Shown here in pieces: positions 27,201-38,100 of a DNA stretch of 64,000 nt (positions are counted from its first letter, which is position 1; the number at the start of each line of letters is the position of its first letter). This DNA comes from Sphyrna mokarran (Eukaryota): contig JAGIQG010000004.1 of NCBI GenBank assembly GCA_024679065.1, positions 54,312,001-54,376,000 of the forward strand. The letters are read 5' to 3'. The position numbers and the translations under genes were made by a program. Under the pieces are notes generated by a model. The model saw nothing but the letters and a program-made list of their open reading frames with translations. It did not search any database and was not told where the DNA came from.

Positions 27201-30200
27201 AGAAAGGAGGCGGCTAAGAGGGGACCTTATCGAAACATATAAGATGATTAGAGGTTTAGATAGGGTGGACAGTGATAGCCTTTTTCCTAGGATGGAGAAA
27301 GCTAGCACGAGGGGACACAGCTTTAAATTAAGGGGTGATAGTTATAGGACGGATATCAGAGGTAGGTTCTTTACCCAGAGGGTGGTTAGGGAGTGGAATG
27401 CCCTGCCTGCGGCAGTTGTAGATGCGCCAAGTTTGGTGGCGTTTAAGAGTTTAGTTGATAAGTTTATGGAAGAGAAGGGAATGGTTTAGTTTGGAGGCTC
27501 ATTGCTTTTTTCATAATTGGTCGGCGCAACATTGAAGGCTGAAGGGCCTGTTCTGCACTATAATGTTCTATGTTCTATGTCTTTTGAGTGAGGGTCTATT
27601 CTGGGACCTTCTCTTCATCAACTGGATTGTAACAGAAGGACGCAAGGCTTGGAAGCAGTTGTCGAAGAGATTTACTAGAATCGTACTGGAGGGAAGGACT
27701 TACATTAGAGAGACTAGAGAACGTATTATTATTCTCCTCACAACAGAGGAGGATAAAGTGTGTTCAAAATTTGGAGAGATTTTGACGAGTAGATAAGGGA
27801 GAGTGTTTTCAATCGTGGTTGGTTCAATGTCCAAGAGACAGAGATTTCGGATCATCAAAACCATCAGAGATAGATGAGCGTTGTTGTCTGGAAAACACTT
27901 CCTGAAAACGTGGGAGTGGGGTTGGCAGGTGCAGATTCCCTTGAATAAAAAAAAATGAAGGACCATATGAAATGAGCGGGGAATTAGGCTAATTGAATAA
28001 TTATCTCAACTCAGTGGCACAGAGAGAATAGCCTCCTTTCGGGGTTGCTCCTTATTTCTTTCGATGCACTTCAGTTCTTCGCTCCTGATCTTCACCCATG
28101 CAGAGGTGGGTGGGCAGGGAGAAGGAGGACCTAACCAAGTTGGCTGTTAAGAGGTCCAGGCAGCCTATAGTCGAGTTGGTCGTCTGCTCCATCACTGTGG
28201 CTACGTTCACAGCAAGCTGGATTTGGAGAGGGAGCAGGCAATGTCTACTGATGCATTTCAGGTCAATGGGAGCCCCTGGAATGCATGATTGCGCCCTGGT
28301 ACTGACATTATGGTTCAGTTAATTAAGTTCTTTTGCCTTTTGTTTTAGTTACAATGTGACATTGGGCGCTATTATCCTCTGTCCTTTTGATTAACACAGT
28401 AAGAAGTTCACAACATTAGGTTAAAGTCTAACAGGTTTATTTGTAGCAAACACCACCAGCTTTCAGAAATGGCTGTTCCTTCGTCAGGTGGGTGGGAGTT
28501 CAACCCCAGTCCAACACCAGCATCTCCATATCATGACTTTTGATTAATAGTAACCTTTCATTCTTTTTTAAGATTAAAAAAATGAATTAACTACTTATCA
28601 GGTTGATTGAAATATTTATTTCCATTCCTCCTTATTCCCTCTTTTTGGAGTATAAAAACATTATCTTCTTACCGTCTCATCACTCTGACCAGCTTCCAGG
28701 GAATTTCTTTTAACACCTGGAGAAAAGAAGAAATTGAACTTGAGTAACTTTCTAAATGTAAGCAAAGTCAACAACATGCTTTCCATTCTGAACACTTTTA
28801 CTGCCAAAAGGAAGGAGCCTTGAAAATTGAAACATTCCATTGTGTGATCTACCCCCAATGGAACACACTGCCTTTAGCGTGATAATCATAAACATGTGAT
28901 AAGTCGCTAAATTGCGATTGAAATATGACCAGAGGGAGACGTAAAACAGTCTGCCAGTTCCATATCAGCCGTTTTACATTGCCACAGAAAATTACTTAAG
29001 ATTGTTTACACTACAAGGTCCTGATATTTTAACAAATGCGGAACGTTAAGAAGGTGTACAAATTAATTACAGTTCGAATGGGAAAATTGAACATTCGCAT
29101 TTCAAAATTGATTTGCGTTGCCATATTCAACTCTCAATCACATAACGCTCTTGAGGCATCAACTTCGTTCTTTAAAGATGCACAGGGTGCTCTTTATTCC
29201 CTTTAATGAAGCACTATTCACCTGCCGTTTCTGTCTTAACAGTTTAATTGGGCATAACAAAATAAAAGTTAGCGGTGAAATAAGAAAACTTCTTACCAGC
29301 TGAAGCTTTTAATTTGAGTCTCGTCAAAATAATTATCAACAGTACAACAGCCAGTGCGCCACTTGCACATCCGAAAATGAGCGGAAATTGCTTTCCTGAA
29401 ATAGCGACAGGATCAACAAATGATTGAAATAAGCAACTTTCGAACACAGCGAGATTTTTACACCATCTTGGGTCTGGCGCGGGAGGACGCGGTGCAATGT
29501 TGTCTTTCCTGAAATTGTGTCCATTTACTCTGTGAGGGGACAATTTTATTTCTATAGCAGTAGCTATAAAAGGATCATAACGGGATCACAACAACAGTAA
29601 CGCAATTGATGGAGGAAACTAATCTATAAAGGCGCAGGAAATTTCTCTCTAGACCTGAGGGCTTTTCGGTCAAAGTAAAGGGGCTTATATTTGTGCCACA
29701 CCAGACAGACGCGCACCGGCTACAAGGAATAGCAAAGCTTTTCATTCTTCGGCACTGACAACTAGAGAAAACACACTGCAGCTCTTAGTAGGTAACAAGA
29801 ACAGCTTGCATTTAACATTCTAAAATGCTCAAACGCAGCGTTATCAAACACAGTCAAACCACATGAATAATATTATGACAGCTGGAGGTAGAGTTGAGGG
29901 AGCGTCGAAAATGAGAGTCGGAAAAGCGGGGATACTCAAGAGCGAGAGTTGAATTCAGATAGCGGAAGCCATTATGCGGACATAACGATTTTACCTTACA
30001 TGCAATTCAAATATTCAGGATATAAAAGCGACTACTAAAACTGATCATTTTTATATGTACGTCTATTTCACTTGGCAAGAATTTGACGAGGCATAAGCAC
30101 ATAAATTAGAGCAACATAGGAAAGTTAAAGCACAGAAGGAGGCCAATCGGCTCATCTTGTCCATGCCAGTTCGTGGACACGAAGTACCCTTTCTAATTTC

Positions 30201-33200
30201 ACCTTCCTGCGTCCGCCCCTTAGCCCTGCGGCTTACTCAAGGTGCAGATCTATGTACTTTTAAAAAAAGTTTAGGGTCTCTGCCTCCAGCAACTCAGGCA
30301 GCGAATTCCAGACCCCATCTTCCTTTGTTTAAAAAAAGATATTCCTCGTGTCTTCTCTACATCTTCTGCTACTTATATTAAATCTATGACCCCTGTTTCT
30401 AGAATTCTCCGTCAAGGGAAACGATTTCATCCTGTCCATTCTATCTTTTCCTCTCATAATTGTGTACACCTCTATCAATTTACTTCTCAGGCTTTTTTCC
30501 AAGGAAAATAATCTCAGCCTATCCAATCTCTCTTCATAGCAACACTTTTCTCGTCCCGGCAATCTCTAGTTTTAGATCTTTTCAGGAAAATATTCTCTCT
30601 TCTCCAGCTACAAACTATCTTGATCATTTTAATTCGTTGCCATTGATGTGACTTTGTAATTAAACAAAGTCTACAATCACCTTGTTAATTCAAGTTTGAA
30701 CAGCTGCCAGCTACATTAATAATAAATAATACAAATCGGAGTCTTTACCCCCGCTCGTTTCTGTAAATGTTTGGAATCTTACCTTGATTGACAGTGCAGT
30801 TGACGCTGGCGGGCATCTTAAGGGAGATATGAGATGCCAGACATGTATAAACGACTCTGTTTTGGAGAGGTCGTGTTTCTTCCAAAGAACTGGTGACCTC
30901 AAAAAGACCATCCACTGCCTCTTTTCTCACACTTTGTATTCCGGCCAGAATTTCCACACCATCTCTACGCCAGGAGATGTTTAAACCCTCCGGGTAAAAT
31001 GCAGCCGTTTTGCACTCGAATCTTAGAGAAGTCGCTGAACTCTCTTCATTCCGAACGATTTTCAGTGGTGTTGGAGGAACTTTTAACAGAGGGAAGAATC
31101 ATTTTTGAATTGAAAAGAGTAAATTCTCAATTGCCGAACATCGATACGCTTTTATACTCATACTGTGATAATAGTTATCATGCTGTCGCGTTTTTTTTAA
31201 ACTTCGGGCGTGCATTTATTTTATATAATGTTGTATGACGCTCAGCAAAATTGTCGGACGTTTTGAAAGCGGATCGTTCTCCCATAAATGATTACAATCA
31301 GGGAGGAAAGACATGATAGAGTTAAAGCCGGAATTAAAGCCATGATGTGCCGGCGTTGGACTGGGGTAAATACAGTAAGAAGTCTCACAAAACCAGGTTA
31401 AAGTCCAACATATATTTATTTGCTAAATAAATGATTGTTTACCAAATAAATGAATATTTGCCAAATAAACCTGTTGGGCTTTAACGTGATGTTGTGTGAC
31501 TTCTTACGGAATTAAAACAGCAGATCCTGGCGCGGGATTGTGTTCGGCAGCAGTGACCTCCATCCAGATTCCGGTCCGAATGTATCAGACAGGGAGCAAC
31601 AACCAGTCAGCACGAACATTGGGTTCTACTCGGGTTTTTCTGTAAGAATCATTGTGGTACTAAACGTTGTGTGTTCGTTTGAAAAATGACCCACTTCAAG
31701 TATTTAATGTTTCCAAACGTATTTTGTTGTACTGATTAATGTTAAGATGCATGAAATCAAAATACCTCCGATTGCTAAACTGGCACCAGACAAGACATAG
31801 TTATATGTCCGGATGTGAGTTACCATTGACTACACAACATTTCAATGATTACAATCAGGGAGGAAAGCCATGATGGAGTTAAAGCCGGTATTAAAGCCAT
31901 GATGTGCCGGCGTTGAACTGGGGTAAACAGTAAGAAGTCTCACAAAACCAGGTTAAAGTCCAACATTTATTTATTTGCTAAATAAATGATTATTTGCCAA
32001 ATAAACCTGTTGGGCTTTAACGTGGTGTTGTGTGACTTCTTACGGAATTAAAGCAGCGGATTGAGTTACCATTGATTACACATTTCAATGCCCCTGCTTG
32101 AGGTTTCAGATCGTGCACCTTTCACCAAAACATCTTTCTGGAGGCCGGATGCGAATGTTGGCATATTTTGCAAGCCAGAATAATTTTTGATAATTATATA
32201 TCGCTATGCAGATCATAACACCCATGGATTAATTCCAGAGATAAAAACTGGTCATGTTAAGTAAACTCAGCTGGTTTGGCTGAGTTTTCATTTCAGATTT
32301 CCAGCATCCGCAGTATTTTGCTTTTACTTGACTGGGTAGCTTGCCCTTTTGCAATTTTACTCGATCTGCTGAACACATTTTGTGGGGAGAAGATTCTGCT
32401 TCGAACAGTCCAAAGTTACAATTTTCTGATGTGAACCGCTCGATCTATCTGTCCACGCTACCAGTCTTCTACCTCAACTTCCTTTTGTTCATGGGGACTG
32501 TACACACAAGTAATGAATTACATATACCGGGTTTATAGAAATGTTCGGTGGTATCGATTCTCCACTTTATCAGTTGTGAGTGCATCACAGAAAGTCCAGT
32601 TGGCGTACCCCAGCAGTGCAAAAAAGGGAATTGGTTACTTTAACTGTCCTGAAAAGGCCAGGACCCGGGGTTGAAATCCAGCATTGAGAGGAAGATCAAA
32701 ACCTTCCTTCACAGTGGATTCTTAGATTCCTTTGTGGAAAGACCGTGGAATTTCAAACAAGTTACTATTGGGCACAACTACAACATATAAACGGTTATCC
32801 TAGGAACAGGGGCCACTCAGCCCCACTCATTGTGCTCTGCCAACCTTGGTGATATGATTAACTGCCTCACGAAACTAGGGAGCCAGATTCAATTCCGGCG
32901 TCACGTCGGTGTGGAATTTGCACATTCTCCCCTTGTCTGCGTGGGTTTTCTCCCAATGCTCCGGATTCCAAAGATGTGCTGATTAGATGGATTTTCCATG
33001 CTAAATTGCCCCTTAATTTTCGGTGGTTTAGCAGGGTAAACACGTAGAGTTAGGGGGATGGAGCCTGAGTGCGATTATTGTCGGTGCAGGTTGGATGGGC
33101 CAAATACTGTAGGTATTCTATAATTCTGCCTGATCTCTAACTTTACTCCATTTGTCCGACTTAATCCGTTTTTAGCAAAAATCTAGCCGTCGCGAATTTA

Positions 33201-36200
33201 AGGCAATGACGTAAAGGAAGTATTACATCGACAATTTCTAACAGCGGGCGGAAAAGAAATCTGATTTCGGAAATATTTGTTGCTGTAGTAGAGGAATTTT
33301 CACCTGTATTTATCGTGAAGACACTAAGAGTAAAGGTTCAGGCAAGTTTTGTTGGAGATTTATCAGGGTCAAGGGACTTGGGTTACGTGCAGAAACTGAA
33401 GAAGCTACGGTTGTTTTCTTTAGATCTGATAGTTTTAAGAGGAGACCAACTTTGTAAAGTCAGTAAGCAAAAAGTATCATTAGTGACACGAGAGTCGGCA
33501 ACCAGATTGTGTTTGGCAAGAGAGCGCAAGGATTCTTTGAGTAGAACGTAATTACAGCCTAGTCCTGTTATTGTTACCATATTGTTCAGCGTAAATCGTG
33601 AGTAGCGAGTGTAGGGATCCCGATTGATTTTCACTTCCTGGTTAGATCAACTAACTCGGCAGAGAGAGCATTTCGAAACTGCCCTTAAACCGAAATGCCG
33701 TGAATAACCGCTCTTACTTTCCTCGAAATCATCTTCTTGCAATCATCTTTGCGGGGAAGGGAAGAGGACGTCGGGGGGAGGGAGGGGGCAGAGGATGGTG
33801 TGTTACTCCGTACAGTTCTCGCCCCGCACGCCGCCATTATTCCTTCCTCTTTGATGTAAATTAAATGATCTTTGAAGTTTTGTAAAAGATTTGAGCTGGG
33901 AGGTGTTAAGATTGCTTACATTGTTCAATTGTGACGCCATTGTGGCGAGAAAGAACCAGACCCTGACATTTCATTACAACATCAATGCAAAATACTGCAG
34001 AGGCTGTCACTAGACATGACCTATGGATATGGCTTTACCAACTCGAACCATATTGGAGCTTTTTCAGTCAAAACTTGGAGTACGCTACATTTGAAGATGT
34101 CTGAACTTTGTTCTCTATTGCTCTGTATGTCTGATGCAGCAGGAAGAAGATTCTTAGTTGTTGTTGCCAAACACTAATCAATGGTAGTCTTTATTTTGCA
34201 CTTGTTTCTTTGCCAGGTATGTGGGTGCACAGTGGTTAGTGCTGCTACTTGTCAGTGCCAGAGACCCGGGATTGATTCCAGGTGACTGTGTAGAGCTTGC
34301 ATGTTCTCTCTGTGTCTGTGTGGGTTTCCTCCAGGTATTGAGTTCTCTCTTACTTTCCAAAGTTGTGCAGCTACGGTGAATTAGCCATAGAAACACGAAA
34401 ACTGAAGCAAGAGTAGGCCTTTCGTGTCTGCTCCGCCATTCATTTTGATCATGGTTGATCATGAAATTCGATATCCTTAACCCCCTTCTCCTCTTTGATC
34501 TCATAAGCCCGAAGAGCTATATCTAATTTCTTCTTGAAATCAGACAATGTTTTGGCCTCAACTGCATTCTGTGGTAGCGAATTCCACACATTCATCACTG
34601 TCTGAGTGAAGAAATTTCTCCTCGTCTGTGAGACTCTGGAGAGAGTGCAGAGGAGATGCTGCCTGGTATGTAAGGTCTAAGTTAGGAGGAGAGGTTAGGC
34701 AAATTGGGACTATTTTCCTTAGAAAGACGTAGACTTAGAGGTGCACAAGATTATGAGGGGTATAGATAGAGTAAACAGGGTTAAGCTTTTTCCTAGGATG
34801 GACTCGAATAGCACGTGGGGTCACGCGCTTAGGGTGAGGGGGATAAGGTATAATTTGGATGCTAGAGGGAGTTTTTTCACACAGATGGTGGGGGTATGGA
34901 ATGCACTGCCAAGTAAAGTGGTGGAGGCAGGTACTCTGGAGTTATTTAAGAAATACGTAGATGGGCACATGAACAGAATGGGAATGGAGGGGTATAGAAA
35001 ACTGATTTAAAATAGGGATCACGAGCCTTGGGAGTCTCTGGGAAGTGTATAAATAGATGATGATATTGATGTATTTGTTTTTATCCTACAGGTACTTTGG
35101 TCCACCTTGTTGTCTAACCAGGGGCATACTCGCGATGGGTCGTGAGAGGACTGCTCTTGGACTTTTTTTCGAGTGTATCCTAATGCTTCATGTCGTTAGT
35201 GTACGCTTGACCTGGACCGTTTGGTGGGCAGCACGACAGCTCAGTGACAATCGCTGTGCTGTGCAGATACGTGGATTTGGGCCTGTGTCTGTAGGAGTTT
35301 GCGCATTCTCCCCGTGCTTGCGTGGGTTTTCTCCGGGTGCTCCGGTTTCCTCCAGCGTCCCAGGGATGTGCTCTTAGGCTGGTTGGCCTAATTCTCCCTA
35401 GATTGTCTCAAATTTGGTTTTTAATCTATGGATTTGTGGGCGTGGACGGGGATCGCGGGTGGAGGTGGGGGCACCGGGGTGGCGGCACGGGCTCGTTGGG
35501 CCGAGGAGCCTGTTTCCTGTGCTGTTTTCTTCTTTGTACATTTGAAATACAAACGGAAAATGTCGGGAATGTCCAGAGGTCGGACAAGAATTGTGTAGAG
35601 AAACTGAGTTAACGTTTCGTACCATTTCATCATTGGCCTGGGAGGTTAACCTTGTTTCTCTCCACAGGGAGAACTGATCAGTGGAAATTATTTTGTATAT
35701 TTCTATTGCTTAATTTCAAAATGAAAATATCCACTATACATCGAAGTCAGTGAAAGACAATCCAGTATTCTCTAAATATAATTCGTTAAAACCAGCTTTT
35801 CCTCCAGTGATAAAAAAAATCAAATTGCATATATGGCGCCGAGCTGGAATCCTTCCGTTTACAATTACACCTACCGTATACAGTAAGCTGGGTGCCAGTT
35901 CCAGTTTCAGTAGATTTTTCCAGATATTTTACTTTACAATAATACACTCCGGAATCTGCAAAAGTCACATTCAGCAATTCAAGCGAACTTCTTCCCTTAT
36001 TCGCAGCAAATCGTTTTCTATTGTCTGGTTCGAGAAAGGATTGCTCTCCGCGTCTCCACCAACGAACATCGGGCATATCTTGAGATAAGGGAAATGTGCA
36101 GAGTATGGAAGCATTCGCGCCTCTGTTCACCTCCAAGTATTTAGGGATCTGAACCACTTTGGCCCAAGTTACTCTGGCGGCTGTCAGGAAAGGAACAAAG

Positions 36201-36485
36201 GTGGTGATGTAACAGGTAAATAAAAATAACTGAGAGAAGTAAATTATAAAAACAAGCAATCGAATTAGAGAAGCGCGGTATTTGATTTTACAGTGAGTTA
36301 CAGCTGTAGAGTATTTCAAATTACGACCTGCCATTATAAAATTCGGAGCATGTAATACCTGGCCAAAACACGCCCAGAAGAACCAGATGGCGAACTGTAA
36401 CTTGTAACGACATGTTGCATTTCGGTGGCTACTCACTGCAAATGACAATGCTATCGACGATGGTTTGCTAAATAATAGATTCCAT
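21087..36485 (-). CDS. Spliced gene model: VJ-type IgV + IgC1 + TM + two-ITIM inhibitory receptor (SIRP-like / antigen-receptor-like IgSF), 312 aa; premature TAG in the leader, so possibly a null allele or pseudogene
   Basis: Exons 36485-36437, 36180-35875, 31079-30783, 29395-29297, 28716-28673 and 21230-21087 all have AG/GT boundaries with junction phases 1,1,1,1,0. Total 939 nt, ending in TAA. Confidence 0.85.
22660..22765 (-). pseudogene. Degenerate ITIM-exon paralogue A2
   Basis: Reads EKSIVYFQ, which aligns with EESIIYSQ of 11048-11151; flank 22770-22860 resembles 11195-11335; no acceptor evident. Confidence 0.4.
22985..23063 (-). pseudogene. Degenerate ITIM-exon paralogue A1
   Basis: Acceptor tgcatacag|. 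The 3' end reads [13 protein letters not shown]|GTAGGG (read-through STYSQV). The 5' part is shortened and out of frame. Homologous to 11726-11835. Confidence 0.55.
23390..23725 (-). mobile_element. HE1/V-SINE-type SINE
   Basis: tagaatccctacagtg tail; ggggagaatgtgca core. Confidence 0.7.
24613..24800. mobile_element. Palindromic Penelope-type terminal-repeat derivative
   Basis: agtaagtagtctcacaacacctggttaaagtccaacagg ... ctgttggactttaatctgttgttgtgagactatttac inverted arms; same motif as the termini of 42462-43585. Confidence 0.75.
24716..24750 (+). ncRNA. Minimal type-I hammerhead ribozyme motif
   Basis: ctc CTGATGA [AGGA gcagca TTCT] GAA AGCT C GTG: conserved core, stem II, palindromic stem III and CUC cleavage triplet; stem I has one mismatch. 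Confidence 0.6.
25140..27579 (+). mobile_element. CR1 LINE, 5'-truncated, ~2.4 kb (end of endonuclease + RT), a few stops and frameshifts
   Basis: ORFs 25211-27489: [28 protein letters not shown]; TTCTATG tail. Confidence 0.97.
28673..28716 (-). CDS. Short cytoplasmic exon
   Basis: Strong acceptor tttcttcttttctccag|, donor ACG|GTAAGA, 44 nt, phase 1-0; [15 protein letters not shown]. Confidence 0.8.
29297..29395 (-). CDS. Transmembrane exon (uncharged TM)
   Basis: Acceptor ctatttcag|, donor G|GTAAGA, 99 nt, phase 1-1; [33 protein letters not shown] (hydrophobic span followed by basic stop-transfer residues). Confidence 0.9.
30783..31079 (-). CDS. IgC1-set exon
   Basis: Acceptor ctgttaaaag|, donor G|GTAAGA, 297 nt, phase 1-1. 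Encodes [99 protein letters not shown], with C1 hallmarks CxxxxFYP, IxW, DGxF and YxCxxxHxxL. Confidence 0.93.
31287..32090. repeat. Local tandem duplication containing short Penelope-end palindromes
   Basis: aatgattacaatcagggaggaaag...ttaaagccatgatgtgccggcgttg at ~31287 and ~31844; the second copy has an internal deletion. Confidence 0.85.
32870..33125 (+). mobile_element. HE1/V-SINE-type SINE
   Basis: ttcaattcc B box; gtgtggaatttgcacattctcccc core. Confidence 0.75.
34628..35540 (+). mobile_element. CR1 3' fragment with long 3' UTR ending in a SINE-like module
   Basis: ORF 34741-35010 (CR1 C-terminus), then a unique spacer, a SINE body (ggagtttgcgcattctccccgtg) and a CR1-type tail; homologous to 49410-50300 on the minus strand. 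Confidence 0.75.
35875..36180 (-). CDS. IgV exon, germline-joined VJ type
   Basis: Acceptor ttcctgacag|, donor G|GTAGGT. Encodes [101 protein letters not shown], with B-strand Cys, C-strand Trp, DSGVYYC and a J-like GxGTxLxV. Confidence 0.95.
36437..36485 (-). pseudogene. Leader (signal peptide) exon, 49 nt, with in-frame stop at codon 6
   Basis: acgATGg context; reads [15 protein letters not shown], then phase-1 donor A|GTGAGT in frame with the V exon; TAG at 36470-36468; length typical of Ig leader exons. Confidence 0.65.
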
Positions 36486-36489
36486 CGTT

Positions 36490-36800
36490 AAATTTACGAA
36501 ACGTGTGACCATCACATGAGAGATCACATGATTAAAACAGCGGATTGTGTTGGTTTACATTGGTGGTGGCGGGGGGGGGGGGGGAGGCAGGAGGAAGATC
36601 GCGGTAGAAGTTGGTCTCCTAACTGCCGCCGAAAGGCGATCACTTCAAGATCATTTTTTTGCAACCACTTTTGGAACACTTGTCTCCGATTTTCTTTGTC
36701 AATACCAGACTTTGATTCTTCATTTAATCCTGAAAGTAATGATGCCCGCTGCGGGCGGCCTTCCAGCACTTCATCTGAGATATTCTTCTTCTGGAAGGAG
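36490..36800 (-). promoter_or_regulatory. Candidate proximal promoter of the receptor gene
   Basis: Locally CpG-rich, immediately upstream of the leader ATG; two ATCACATGA E-boxes (36511-36519, 36523-36531), a CCAAT on the minus strand near 36560, a G-tract, and a GAGGAA ETS-type core near 36591. Confidence 0.35.
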
Positions 36801-37704
36801 CACAAAGTCTGCAAATATTAAGACTCGAGTACTTTGAACTGAGTGCGATAGGACCTCAAGCAACTTCCAGCCATCTGACTTGTAGCGGAATCAGTGGAAT
36901 AACCATTCAGATCAACAATTTCCCTATATTAGTTGCACTCCACTGGCCTGATGAAGGAGCAGGCTCCAAAAACTCGTGATACCAAATAAATCTGCTGGAT
37001 TTTAACTTGGTGTTATGAGACTGATTACATTAATTCCAAAGTTGTTGAGGCCAAATTTAACCTCGCAGAGTCGGACTTCAAATTTTAGCCCTATATCTAT
37101 ATGTTTCCATTTTACTGTCCAGCAGATCTGATGCGCAACAAGCGACTGTCGTGGGAATAACAATAGCAAAATACCACGGATATCAGAATCCTAGAAAAAG
37201 AAACCCAGAAAGCGCTGTAAACAACTCAGCAGGCTTTACAGTATCTGCAGAGCGAGCATCCCAGCTAAAATTTCGAGTCAAATATAACTTTATTCGGAAG
37301 GAAGGAATTTTTGCCGTGTATAGGGTGATTTCCGCAGATGGAATTGTCAGAGAAGAAAACTAAATCAAACCTCGTCAAACTGTTTGCAAAGAGGAAAGGC
37401 ATCTTAATAAAAATAAGGCCGATTATTTCCAATATTCAGTTTGTGATGGGTTGCAGTTTTCAAATCTGTTCTTTTGTCGATTTAGTTGACCTGAATCAGG
37501 GGAGAAAATCAAACAGGGATCTTGTTCCTCGCTGCCGCCCGTTGCAGCTGCAGGCTTGGTAAGAATAGGATGAGACTATAATTAATTTTCATCTGTATAC
37601 CTGAAATCTCTGATCCTTTTGCCGATCACCTTAAATCTGTCTTGTATTTCGCGATGTTTGTGTTACTGGGAACACTTCTTATGTTGTCAAAATTGTTCAT
37701 AACT

Positions 37705-38100
37705 TGAACAAGATAATGAAGGGGCTGGATAGGGTAGAGGTAGAGAGATTCTTCTCGCTTAGAAAGGATAGCAGAACTAGATGGCACAGCTTCAAAATAA
37801 GGGGGGAGGGGCAGTTTAGATCGGAATTGAGGAGGAACTTCTTCACTCAAAGGTTCGTGAATCTCTGGAATTCTTTGCCCATTGAAGTGGTGGCGGCTAC
37901 CTCGCTGAATATACTTAAGTCACAAGTAGATAGATTTCTGATAGACAAGGGAATTAAGAGTTATGGGGAGAAAGAGGGAAAGTGGAACTGATCCACTTCA
38001 GATCAACCAAGTCAGATCAGCAATGATCTTATTAAATGGCGGGGCAGGCTTGAAGGGCTAGATGATCTACTCCTGCTCCTATTTCTTATGTTCCTATATT
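37705..38100 (+). mobile_element. CR1 3' fragment
   Basis: KIMKGLDRV...RRNFFTQRFVNLWNSLP; ttcttatgttcc tail. Confidence 0.85.

Larger units (their letters stand above)
23835..27634. mobile_element. Solo LTR (TGTTA...TAACA) carrying nested Penelope and CR1 insertions
   Basis: 5-bp terminal inverted ends; flanks GGAG/GAAG; interrupts a degenerate CR1 whose sequence resumes at 27635. Confidence 0.6.

Noticed and set aside
28717-28858. Hydrophobic ORF extension [19 protein letters not shown] as a second TM
   Set aside because: Contains several charged residues and runs through the polypyrimidine tract of the real acceptor; probably intronic.
31343-32045. CRISPR-like or regulatory palindromic array
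   Set aside because: Eukaryotic context; explained by Penelope-end palindromes in a local duplication.
35860-35900. Rearranging TCR/Ig V segment
   Set aside because: J-like sequence and a splice donor follow YYC directly; no heptamer/nonamer seen.
35786-36448. 220-aa single-exon ORF as the real protein (or as NCR3/NKp30)
   Set aside because: Only 35875-36180 is Ig-like and bounded by splice sites; the rest is intron read-through. The downstream C1, neutral TM and ITIMs do not fit NKp30, so no gene symbol is given.
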